DNA of 64,000 nucleotides from Eledone cirrhosa (taxonomy: Eukaryota). Position 1 is the first letter of the stretch. Each line of letters begins with the position of its first letter. The notes beneath the pieces were generated by a model that was not told the origin of the DNA, did no database searches, and worked only from the letters and a program-made list of their open reading frames with translations. Below are positions 1-10,075 of the stretch, one piece after another. The stretch covers positions 26,164,001-26,228,000 of the forward strand of contig OZ024742.1 of NCBI GenBank assembly GCA_964016885.1. Direction: 5' to 3'. Position numbers and translations under genes: made by a program.

Positions 1-136
1 TAAATCAAACTCATCTCAAAGAGAATCAGGATATAGATTCATCTACAGAATTTATTGAAATCCAGGGAAAAATCAATGATAAAATTCTATCAATGATAAA
101 ATAAAGTTTAAAATACTCATCCTTCAATACTCATCC

Positions 137-181
<45 letters not shown>

Positions 182-185
<4 letters not shown>

Positions 186-504
186 AGAAATAAAGAGAAT
201 CAGTGTTGCGACGAATGGAACTTATTGCACATATTACAATCGTTTCTCTGGCGACCTGCTCGAGGCACGATCGATGTGACGATCGAACCACACTCTGAAA
301 ATAGCAGGACAGCGAAGTATATCGATGTAAAAGGACATAGGAAAATCTTCTTCGTAGAATCAAGACGTATCTGAGGACTTGCGATTTTCAGAGTCATGTT
401 CGATCATCACATCGATCGTCCGTCGAGTTGGTCGCCAGAGAAACGATTGTAATATATCCAATAAATTCCATTCGTTGCAACACTGATTCGCTTTTTTTCT
501 GTGA
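182..504. repeat. Fold-back (inverted repeat) unit next to (TA)n
   Basis: Arm ~182-309 is the imperfect reverse complement of ~378-504, with a ~70 bp spacer. A ~75 bp one-sided tail follows, then (TA)n/(GT)n. Confidence 0.85.
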
Positions 505-581
505 CATCATGCTCTGCTCTGAGAGCATCGAGTGCTCATACGGGCTACTGCATACGGACGCTTTAAGCATCCAACACCAAT

Positions 582-604
582 TATATATATATATATATAT
601 ATAC

Positions 605-678
<74 letters not shown>
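582..678. repeat. (TA)n/(GT)n microsatellite
   Basis: Read directly. Confidence 0.95.
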
Positions 679-688
<10 letters not shown>

Positions 689-899
689 TCGTATATATGT
701 TTTTGTGTGTGTGGGATGTGTACGCATGGGAACATATACAAAAATATATAAATTTGCCCTGTTGCTCGCTTTAACTGCCCTGCTCAAGAACATAACACGC
801 ATTCTAGGGATAGACCCAATGAGACAAACATTCAAATATCATAGCCAAAAGCAAGCCTTCATTTTTATATAGATTTCTGCTTCTTTATGAGTATTAATA

Positions 900-1097
900 G
901 TTACTAATTTCGGTATAATTGTTAAGGGGGAATGGTTAGTTAATTATATCGATCACAGTACTTGATTGGTATTTTATTTTCTCGATCTCGAACGGATGAA
1001 AGCAAATTGATCATAGCGAGGGTGGAACTCTGAACATGCAGTACCGAACCGAAATGCACCAACATATTTTATACGACACACTACCGATTCTGCCAAT
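900..1097 (-). mobile_element. tRNA-derived SINE, degenerate copy of the family at 41107
   Basis: Reverse complement has an A-box-like TGGCAGAATCGG, a B-box-like GAGTTCCACC and the core TTTCATCC..TCGAGAAAATAAAATACC. Confidence 0.65.
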
Positions 1098-1621
1098 ATC
1101 CCACTCGTTGCAGGTTACTAATAATGTCCAGAAGATTTTCCAGAACAGTATTAGTATATGTAGAGGTTCAATCAGTTCTTTATATTCAGAACGTATTTTT
1201 CTAAATACAAAAATATACCACCACGATCGTACAGGAAATACGGCTATTAATAATCAGAATGTTTGATAAACTCTTGTGACTCATACTTTGTCCATTCAGA
1301 TAATACATACAAAAGAGGCGAAGAATAATCTTTGTGAATAAGTAAGTAGACTATTGAAGTCAATGATGATTACCCTTGATGCCTCGTTTCAGTTCAGTTG
1401 TCCGAGAGAAGATGGTCGAAACTACTCATGGGTTTAATCATGATTTTCTCTGATCTTTCACTTGGAAATCCTAGCAACCTTTAACAGTGCTTCCTTCTAT
1501 AATATATAATGCAATTTTTATTCTGAAAATTATTATGATGCATACATTCTAAACACACAGAGATAGCTACAGACAGACACATAATCGCATCTGCACACAC
1601 CCAAAATAATTAAACATACAA

Positions 1622-1652
<31 letters not shown>

Positions 1653-1653
1653 G

Positions 1654-1749
<96 letters not shown>

Positions 1750-1867
1750 TCTCGCTCTCACTTTCTCCGTCTCTGTGATTGTGAAGAGTAAAAGAGACAG
1801 GGAGAGGGTTTTGACAGAGAAAAGCAAATTGACAGGCAGGGATTCTCACACACACACGCACACATAA

Positions 1868-1896
<29 letters not shown>

Positions 1897-1898
<2 letters not shown>

Positions 1899-2037
1899 AC
1901 GAAGGAATTATGGTAAGGAACCAGATGGACCATAACGCACCAGAGTACTCAATACTTAGGGTAGTAGATTGGGTAATAGGAAAAAGAATGACACCGTCGA
2001 AACGGCTTGAACTCTGCCGTCGGGGTCATTCTTTTTC
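1897..2037. repeat. (TA)n-flanked short repeat with terminal hairpin
   Basis: Homologous to 33341-33410 and 33585-33620. GAAAAAGAATGAC...GTCATTCTTTTTC hairpin at 1980-2037. Confidence 0.7.
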
Positions 2038-2117
2038 ATATATATATATATATATATATTTCGTTTCTGAATTTGTTTAGCAAGATTCTTATTAGCAACA
2101 TGACCCTCCCAAAGCAT

Positions 2118-2176
<59 letters not shown>

Positions 2177-2399
2177 AGGCTGATCACACGTATAGATGAC
2201 ATCCTGCTGTATTATATCAGAACGATCTACTTAGGGCGGGAATTGTCTATGCTGAAATTGTATTAGGTTCGGAAATTTATATATATGGTAGTACGCTAAT
2301 GTTTATATAGATAGTAGAAGTGTGTGTCTGTGTTAAATAATTTCGTTCTGAGATAGTTAAGTATAACAATATTGTACAGCAACGTAGATATACTTAGAA

Positions 2400-2620
2400 T
2401 CTAAACACAATATGGTGCTAGAGTTTAGTATGTGACGATAATTGAAAGCATTGCAGTGCTACTTAGAATGGATCCATGGAATCCACAATCTGTATGATGT
2501 TACAGGATAACGGGTGATGGGAATTAGAAATTGTATGATGCTACCTGGTATTGTGAATTGAAGATTTATTAAGGTATGATGGGTTTTTGTATGGATACAT
2601 TAGGTAATTTATTCCGGAAA
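2400..2620 (-). pseudogene. Possible highly decayed Penelope-like RT C-terminal relic
   Basis: Minus-strand translation gives GINYL.. and SNSHHPLSC, resembling PLE FLDV and S.HP motifs. Many disablements. Confidence 0.3.
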
Positions 2621-3617
2621 GGTGATGCCGTTATTGCAGGTAGATAGGTAGATATGGTATGGTATGGTTCCGTAACTTCGGATGGAGTCGTAGGGGCGCC
2701 TTTTGAGACAGACGACGTTTCTTGGGCATTTTAAGCCTGGCATTGCCCATAACACTCTGTCTTAACACAGCAGATCTCATCCGGGTATGCATAAAAAGTG
2801 AGTGAGAGGGAGGTAGAGAGAGAGAGGGAGGTTGAGAGATATAGAGGAAAAATCGAACGGTGTATGACCAGGCAAAAATAAACAGGTAAATTCGAATTAT
2901 TTGAATAAAGTCTGTGCTTTTACTTAACTCGGGAAACATCATAAGTGTCGCTAAAAAAGGAAATGATAGCAGTGGCCCATCAAAAAATAAGTTTTGGAAA
3001 TTTTCAAGGAATAGATGATAACAACAAACGATAGTGAATTAGCGGAATATTAGTGTGGTAGATAAATGCAAAGGTGATAAATCATTTTTATGCTTATATA
3101 TATACGATGAGAATAGTTGTGTATGTTTCATTACATACAAGACAGTCTCCTTGATTTATAGTTTTAGTAAATTATTAAACTGATATTTTCGTATATCTTC
3201 CTTTTTGGTGTTTTTGCAACAAAAGAAGTTCCAAAATTCAACAACCATGTTTCTATAATTTTACTGTCTATCCTTAAGGAAACAATGATAGTGGAGATGA
3301 TATTATATATATTAAGAAGTGTTGAAACAAATCTATATCTATATCTACCTATATATATAGCGCCGAAACATATATGACCTGAAGTTAACAGCTGATGAAG
3401 GTTTTCTCTTGTGTCGTGCATATTACCATCTTAAACTTTGTTCACAGTAACCACACATCCCGCTTCGTTTCTTGTAATTATATATATATATATACATTTA
3501 TATATGTATATACACACATATACATTGCTCTTAGAAGAAAGCTAGGATGTCGTAAGAAGATATAAATTAAAACAAACGCAATCGAAATCCCTGTGTAATA
3601 TACATAAATACATGTCC

Positions 3618-3656
<39 letters not shown>

Positions 3657-4327
3657 TTTCAGCGAGAACGTATTTCGGCGGTGGTCAAAGCAAAACGCAA
3701 CGCAATCTTCGAGATATGCTGGCAAGCGTTCAATGGACGAAGTAGAAACCAGACCAATTAACATGTGTTCTAAAGGCCAGATAAAATGAAAGCAGTGGTT
3801 GTGAAGTCAACAGCCACCGTAGCCGAAAAGCTAATTATATATATATACACACTATATAATTTTAAGGCGAATAGAGCGGAAAATCTTTCTCTGGGAGTTT
3901 CTTAAACTCTGATGAAGGGAATTTTAAGTCCCACAGATTACCAGATATCTAACTGTATCGTTGACTTCACCTTGCAGACCATTTTATAGTGTTTAGCCTT
4001 CTTACATTCCACATTATATATTATATACAGTACTTCATGCAAACAACATTTTATATATACATATGTATATGTGTGGTTGTTTAAATAGAAATGTTTGAAT
4101 TACGAAACATTGGGAATAACTATAAAACTGCCTGATAGATAGCCAAAGACGTTGAAGCAATCGGATAATTTACTACTGGACAGAGTTGCATTTCTAAGCA
4201 ACAGACTTATAAATGTTCCACAGTGTATGTAACTAATTCTCTTTCCTCTAGTTCTAGTCTACTACATACAACTATATGCCTAGAAGCACTCATCTATATA
4301 AACACGTGTTCTATACTGATTATATAC

Positions 4328-4329
<2 letters not shown>

Positions 4330-4358
<29 letters not shown>

Positions 4359-4433
4359 CTTCTTCTTCTTCTTCTTCTTCTTCTTCTTCTTCTTCTCACT
4401 CTATATATATACAGCAGCACACAAGCACACACA

Positions 4434-4481
<48 letters not shown>

Positions 4482-4515
4482 TATCTATATCTATCTATCT
4501 ATCTATCTATCTATC
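4330..4515. repeat. Compound (CTT)n, (CA)n, (TATC)n microsatellite immediately 5' of LINE copy 1
   Basis: Read directly. Confidence 0.95.
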
Positions 4516-4718
4516 TTGATAGAGTAAGACACGCTTCACATCGGCTCCGCTATTCCATCGGGATTTACCCTTACTATTGTAAGTACCGGATAAATTTTTT
4601 AGTGCAACACATTTGGAACACAAACCCCTGTTATTTAGGGAAACATTTTTGCATTTACCCCCTTTTTAGGGGGTAAAATAAATATCTATTTTTGCCGAAA
4701 AATTTCTTTCTTGGCAGC

Positions 4719-6363
4719 ATGGCGGAAAAGATGGCAGACATGTCTGCCATTAGCTCTGCCACGCCCCCCAAGTCTGAAGAACAAAAAATAATTACAACAA
4801 AATTAGACATTGAAACAAACAAACAAAATGAAAAAACAAATGTTAAGGAAAATGAGCAAACAGAAAACAAACAAATAGAAAATAATACAAATAACGACAG
4901 GGCAACTTTCGCCCAGAAAACAAAACAATCCATTACATACACACCAATTGACCTAACGGCCGCCAGAGAAAAACTGGCCGAAGCAAAGAAACACATTGTT
5001 TTGGGGGAGAACGGAATGTTTTCCATTAACCCCCCCCCCCCCAGAATTCAAGAAAGCCCACTCTCGTCGACAACATATAGCTTCTATCCCTCCTACATGG
5101 GTAGAAGAACACAGAGAGTAAAAGTAAAAACAATGCTGCCCACAATGGACTTCTGGTGGGCTATTGCTGGCTTCATTGATATGGGCGAAGACACTATGCT
5201 GTCAATGGGGAAGGCAACTGGAGATGCGTTCCTGGGAATGGGCCTCGACATACTAGTCCAAATGAGGCCCGAAAGAATAGCACAAATCCCGGATCGCATC
5301 TGGCTGGATGACCTTACCCCAATAGACATAATTGTAGAGGGGAGAAGACCAGCATGCTATTTATGCATGGAAAGGGGACACGTTAAGGCTAACTGCCCGA
5401 AACGTATCCCCCAAAAAGGACTATTGCCCACACCCACCACAAACAGTACACCAGCACCACCCACCTCCAAAAATACACTAATACCACACACAGCAAACAA
5501 AATACAGACACCACCAACCACAAACACAACACAAACATCACCACCACCAGCACCAAACACAAGCACGACACAAAAATCACCACCACCAACCACAACACAA
5601 ACATCACCACCACCATCACCAACCACAAGCACGACACAAACATTACCACCACCACCACCACAAAACCCATTCCAAACAAATAATAAAAAAAACAGTAACA
5701 AATCTACCCCTCCCGCAAAAAAAAAACAACCACACAACACGTCCCTCCCACCTAGCGCTGAAGAGTTTCCCCCAACTTCTGAAGAAGAAGGAGGAGAAGC
5801 CTTCAGACAAGTTAAAAGAAAAAAAAGAAAACACACACCCAGCACACCACAAATAACCCACACACAAACACCAACTCCAATCAAAAACACCCCACCCTCA
5901 ACAAACAAAAATAAATCTGCGCCTCCCCTCTCCGAAACATTGACAGCATCACAAAAAAAGACGTTGCAATACACATATATAAATAAAGAAAACAAAAAAC
6001 TGGTTAAATTAATAAACAATAACCCTATGGTGCAGACCGAAGGGCCAAACTTTATCTCAACAGAGAACTTCACCCATTTAAAAATGATAAAGGTCCCTCT
6101 GGACCTTTATCGTTCCTTAAAAGAACAATTTAGACGGGACGTGAGCCCCCCCCTGTTTAAAACCGTTGAATCGCGTCCTCTTGAAAGATTTCCCCATAAC
6201 CGCCCCTCTCCCTGACACAACTCCAAATACCCCAACCCCACCACACACGTGTACCCCCACACCACCACAAAACATCCCTCCACCCAACACACCTGATGCC
6301 ATGGAAATTACGCAACCCGGAGAGGTAAGTGCTTTTCTTTCTTCACTTTCAACACCAAAATAG
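4719..6363 (+). CDS. LINE ORF1 (gag-like, CCHC knuckle), with internal deletion and C-run frameshift
   Basis: CYLCMERGHVKANC = CX2CX4HX4C; Pro/Thr-rich tract; KRKKRKH basic patch. 196-bp deletion relative to copy 4. +1 shift in the C-run at 6146-6153; the MEIT C-terminus continues in the other frame. Confidence 0.8.
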
Positions 6364-6368
6364 ATCAA

Positions 6369-9300
6369 TTGAGAGTTGGCTGTTTGAACGCGCGTGGCCT
6401 GGGCTCAGCTTGGAAGCAAGCAAAGCTTCTAAGTGACCTCAGGTCACAAAGTATAGATGTGATGGTTGTTTGCGAGAGTCGGATCAGCAGCGTGAGACAG
6501 CTGGCGCCCGCCTTCGATGACTTTGAGATGCACGCATCTCTCTGTCAACCCGGAGGCGGGGGGGGGGGAGTTGCCGTACTGCTGGATAAACGTCTGACTC
6601 TCGATGTACAGATTGTTCACTCGGACCCGGGGGGTCGATTACGGGTGCTAGACGTCGGAGGCGGTGAAGGCGGGGCTTTCAGACTGGTCGGTCTTTATGC
6701 TCCCTTCGGGGCGGAAAGAGCCGACTTCTTCCAGCGTCTGGAGACTTTTTTAGGAACGTCGCGTTCCCTGCTTTTAGTGGGGGACTGGAATGGAATCCTA
6801 GATGCGCGTTGGGACTATGCAGGGGCATGTCCCGATAGAGGGGGGTGTAGCAGCATCAAGGGGTTACTCGATCGATTCGACCTGGTCGATAGATTTCGAC
6901 TAGATTGTCCAACTGCGCCAACCTGGACCTGGGCAAACCGCAGTGGACAATCTAGATCGTACCTAGATAGGTTTTTGGTTAGGAGTAAGGATAGGGACGT
7001 ATTTAGTTGTCCAGAACTGATCATGGTTGGCTATTCAGATCACAAATTAGTGACCTGCGCGGTCAACCTTGATAGAACGCATAGACAGGGTCCCGGTTAC
7101 TGGAAGATGAACTTGTCCTTACCGACAAAGAAAGATTACAGAAACCGGATTAGTAGCTTAGTTAAGATGCGGTTGACGGGAGCGATCGTCAACAGTAGGT
7201 GGTGGATATCTCTAAAGAGAGAGATTAGAGTAAGTTCGATAGGTTACAGTAAGGAACTAGCGGCGAATAGAAATAGGAGGGAAAGGGAGTTAACAGATAA
7301 ACTAGAAGAGGCGATTAGGAGCGGAGACGTAGCCAGAGTGTTAGCGACGAGAACGGCATTGAGCCAGTTCTTTGACGCGAAGCACGAAGGCTGCGTTGTC
7401 CGAAGTAAAATACGTGCTTTAGGAAACGAGGGGACAAAAGCTGTTAGCTGGGCCCGCGTGACAGAAGCCAAGAGTGGGATTAAATCCACCATTCGGTCTT
7501 TGCGAGACCAGGATGGACGGGTGATCCTTGAACCTGAGCGAATGTGCGAGACCTTTCAAAGGCACTTTGCTCGACTGTTCGGAGGTGGCGGGGGGCCGGA
7601 CGGGGATGTGGACTTCGGTCCATACCTCGACGGTCTACCGCGTCTTTCGAGCGGCGAAGCGGAGTGCTGCGAAAGGCCAATCACAGCCACTGAAATCGGG
7701 GAAGCGCTCAGCCAATGCAGCAGACGCAAATCCCCGGGTCTCGATGGTCTACCATACGAACTTTATTTAGCTATGCCGGTCTTGTTCTCCGAACTCCTCG
7801 AGGCTGTCTATTGCAACTGGCAACAGAACGGGAGAATTCCCTGTTCTGTGACCAAGGGCGTGGTCACGCTAGTGAGGAAGGACGAGAGCAAGGGGGACGA
7901 CTTAAGTAACTTTAGGCCCATAACTCTGCTGAATGCAGAGTTACAGATTTTGGCCAAGGTGTTGGCGAAGAGGTTGGCGCTTGTGGTGGGTGGTTTGGTG
8001 GGAGACGCGCAGACATGCGCTATCCCGTCCAGGTCCATTCACGACAACCTCCACCTCATGCGATACATCATAGAGAGGGTTGGCTACGAACCCGGCTTTG
8101 GTGGGGCCCTGATCAACTTGGTTCAATCTAAGGCGTTCGATAGGGTCGACCATGGTTACCTGGATGCGGTGCTAGCGGCGGCGGGCTTCGGACCCGTTTT
8201 CAGGGGCTGGATTTCTGCCATGCACAGTGGCAACATCTACTCTAGGATTAAAGTAAACGGCTACCTCTCGGAGCCGTTTCAAATCACCCGATCCATCAGA
8301 CAGGGGTGCCCCCTCTCCTCCCTTCTGTACGTATTGACTCTCGAGCCACTGCTGCGGAAGTTGGAGTTGCTGCGGGGCATACCCCTGGAACCGGGATTGC
8401 ACAAAGCGGTCTCGGCCTATGCCGACGACGTAACAGTAATGGTGGCGGACGCCTCGGAAATCGGGGCGATCGCCACCCTACTGGGGGAATACGAAAGGCT
8501 GACGGGGGCTAAGCTGAACCAGGACAAGTCAGTCGGTTTGCAACTCGGAACGTGGAGGGGCAAACCGATGCCGTTAGACGGTGTCGTCGGGCGGTGGACG
8601 GAGGGCCCGGTGAAGCTGCTCGGGGTCTGGTTCGGACCGGACCTCCAGGTGGAGAAGAATTGGGGCGAGGTGACGAGCAGGGTGTTTGCGCTGACCCAGA
8701 AGTGGGCCAAGTGCAAACTATCACTGAAAGGTCGGGCGGAGGTGACGAACGCTTACATAGCGTCCGTCATCTACTACCGCCTGACCGTCGTGCCTTGCCC
8801 CAAGGAAAAGCTCACCATCATGGAACGCATGCTCTTCCAGTTCCTCTGGAAGAAGCGGCCTCCCATGGTGAGGAGATCCATCTGCTGCCAGCACCCTTCG
8901 AAAGGAGGGCTGGGTATGCCGTGGCTGTTGATGCGTAGGCACGCATTGAGGCTACGGCATCTACAGGTATTCCTCAACGGTCAGCCGGTGCGGGCCCCGT
9001 TTGTCAGGCGAGCCTTCCCACAGCTCGTCTCGCTCACCGAACTGCAATCCTGGGTGAAGCAAAGACCGAGAAAACTGGGCAACTGGCACACCGAGTGTGC
9101 CCAGGCGCTCACGGCTATTTGGCAAGCGGACCCGACTGTCAGTGGAGAATCCACCTCGACATTCTATAGAGGGTTGGTGGCTAGCAGGGGCGACGACACC
9201 CTTGGAGAGTCGCTAGGCATGGAGGAGGACGAACTGGCCAGCCGGTTCGGTAGAACTTTCGGCCCGGGACCCATGGACAACTTCCAGAGGTCCCTAGCCT

Positions 9301-9800
9301 GGCAGTGTTACCGGGGGGCTCTGCCCGTTCGAGAAAAGCTCTACAGACACGGGCGCCCGGGCAGGGATCCCGCGAAAAAGATCTGTCCCAGATGCGTGCG
9401 CGACGAGGAAACCGTTGCGCATGCACTGGTACACTGCCCGGGCGTTGCCGATCTGTGGGGCTACGTCGAACGACTGCTGTCGCGTGTGGCGCCGATTCGA
9501 TTAACCGCCGAGTCTGTGGTGAACATCAAGCCGCCTCCTCCCTTCAGAAATGAAGCAGAGGCGGTCTTTCTGTGCGTAATAGCCATGATGAAAGAGGTTG
9601 TGTGGTGGACGCGCCTGAAAGGTCTGAGGTCGGGTGACTTTCTCTCCGGCCATCACCTGGTTTACTTCTTCCGATACCACTTCGGAAGAAGAATCAGGAT
9701 GGAGAGAGAAGTGCTTGGTCCCAGACAGTTTTATGAAAGGTGGGTGAAAGAAGCGAGAATGGCCCGTGTAAATGGGCCTTCTCTCTACATTGTTCTGTAG
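6369..9800 (+). CDS. LINE ORF2: APE endonuclease + reverse transcriptase + CCHC zinc finger (1143 aa, open)
   Basis: EN motifs NARGL, GDWN, YLDRF, SDH; RT motifs SPGLDGL, FRPITLLN, KAFDRV, IRQGCPLS, YADD; CPRC-x8-H-x4-C. No ATG at the start; motif-A Asp replaced by Val. Confidence 0.92.
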   Translation: MRVGCLNARGLGSAWKQAKLLSDLRSQSIDVMVVCESRISSVRQLAPAFDDFEMHASLCQPGGGGGGVAVLLDKRLTLDVQIVHSDPGGRLRVLDVGGGEGGAFRLVGLYAPFGAERADFFQRLETFLGTSRSLLLVGDWNGILDARWDYAGACPDRGGCSSIKGLLDRFDLVDRFRLDCPTAPTWTWANRSGQSRSYLDRFLVRSKDRDVFSCPELIMVGYSDHKLVTCAVNLDRTHRQGPGYWKMNLSLPTKKDYRNRISSLVKMRLTGAIVNSRWWISLKREIRVSSIGYSKELAANRNRRERELTDKLEEAIRSGDVARVLATRTALSQFFDAKHEGCVVRSKIRALGNEGTKAVSWARVTEAKSGIKSTIRSLRDQDGRVILEPERMCETFQRHFARLFGGGGGPDGDVDFGPYLDGLPRLSSGEAECCERPITATEIGEALSQCSRRKSPGLDGLPYELYLAMPVLFSELLEAVYCNWQQNGRIPCSVTKGVVTLVRKDESKGDDLSNFRPITLLNAELQILAKVLAKRLALVVGGLVGDAQTCAIPSRSIHDNLHLMRYIIERVGYEPGFGGALINLVQSKAFDRVDHGYLDAVLAAAGFGPVFRGWISAMHSGNIYSRIKVNGYLSEPFQITRSIRQGCPLSSLLYVLTLEPLLRKLELLRGIPLEPGLHKAVSAYADDVTVMVADASEIGAIATLLGEYERLTGAKLNQDKSVGLQLGTWRGKPMPLDGVVGRWTEGPVKLLGVWFGPDLQVEKNWGEVTSRVFALTQKWAKCKLSLKGRAEVTNAYIASVIYYRLTVVPCPKEKLTIMERMLFQFLWKKRPPMVRRSICCQHPSKGGLGMPWLLMRRHALRLRHLQVFLNGQPVRAPFVRRAFPQLVSLTELQSWVKQRPRKLGNWHTECAQALTAIWQADPTVSGESTSTFYRGLVASRGDDTLGESLGMEEDELASRFGRTFGPGPMDNFQRSLAWQCYRGALPVREKLYRHGRPGRDPAKKICPRCVRDEETVAHALVHCPGVADLWGYVERLLSRVAPIRLTAESVVNIKPPPPFRNEAEAVFLCVIAMMKEVVWWTRLKGLRSGDFLSGHHLVYFFRYHFGRRIRMEREVLGPRQFYERWVKEARMARVNGPSLYIVL

Positions 9801-10075
9801 GTGAAGAAGTGAAGAGGAAAGGGGGAGCGCCTCCTCTCTGGGCTTCCCCCGCGAAAAGAGTTGCACACTTTTCGGGGGTATGTGCAATCCCCAGCACGCC
9901 CCCTCCCTTTTGAGGACTTTTTATTGTTATATTATTATTGTTATTCCTTTTTTCTTTACTCGATTTATGTAAACTCCCCCACTGTGTAAATGTCCCCTTC
10001 TTTTGTGCCCTCGTGGCAAATAAATAGAAATTCATCTATCTATCTATCTATCTATCTCTTGAGTTAGATAGGGGT

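Larger units (their letters stand above)
4516..10033 (+). mobile_element. Tx1/L1-group LINE, copy 1 (subfamily A), full length
   Basis: 5'UTR shared with copy 4, ORF1, open ORF2, and a 3'UTR ending AATAAA. Flanked by (TATC)n on both sides. Confidence 0.93.

Noticed and set aside
6146-6153. Programmed frameshifting at C/G runs in the LINE ORFs
   Set aside because: Run lengths differ between copies and copy 5 is in frame; slippage mutation or homopolymer sequencing error is simpler.
6325-6363. 39-nt mini-intron fusing ORF1 to ORF2 (34-nt equivalent at 13602-13635)
   Set aside because: In subfamily A it gives ATC AAT TGA rather than an ORF2 fusion, subfamily B has no local AG before its ATG, and the intron is very short. 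The distal acceptor fits all subfamilies.
6815-9887. Antisense and alternate-frame ORFs inside LINE ORF2 copies
   Set aside because: They are by-products of GC-rich coding sequence and recur only because the element is repeated.
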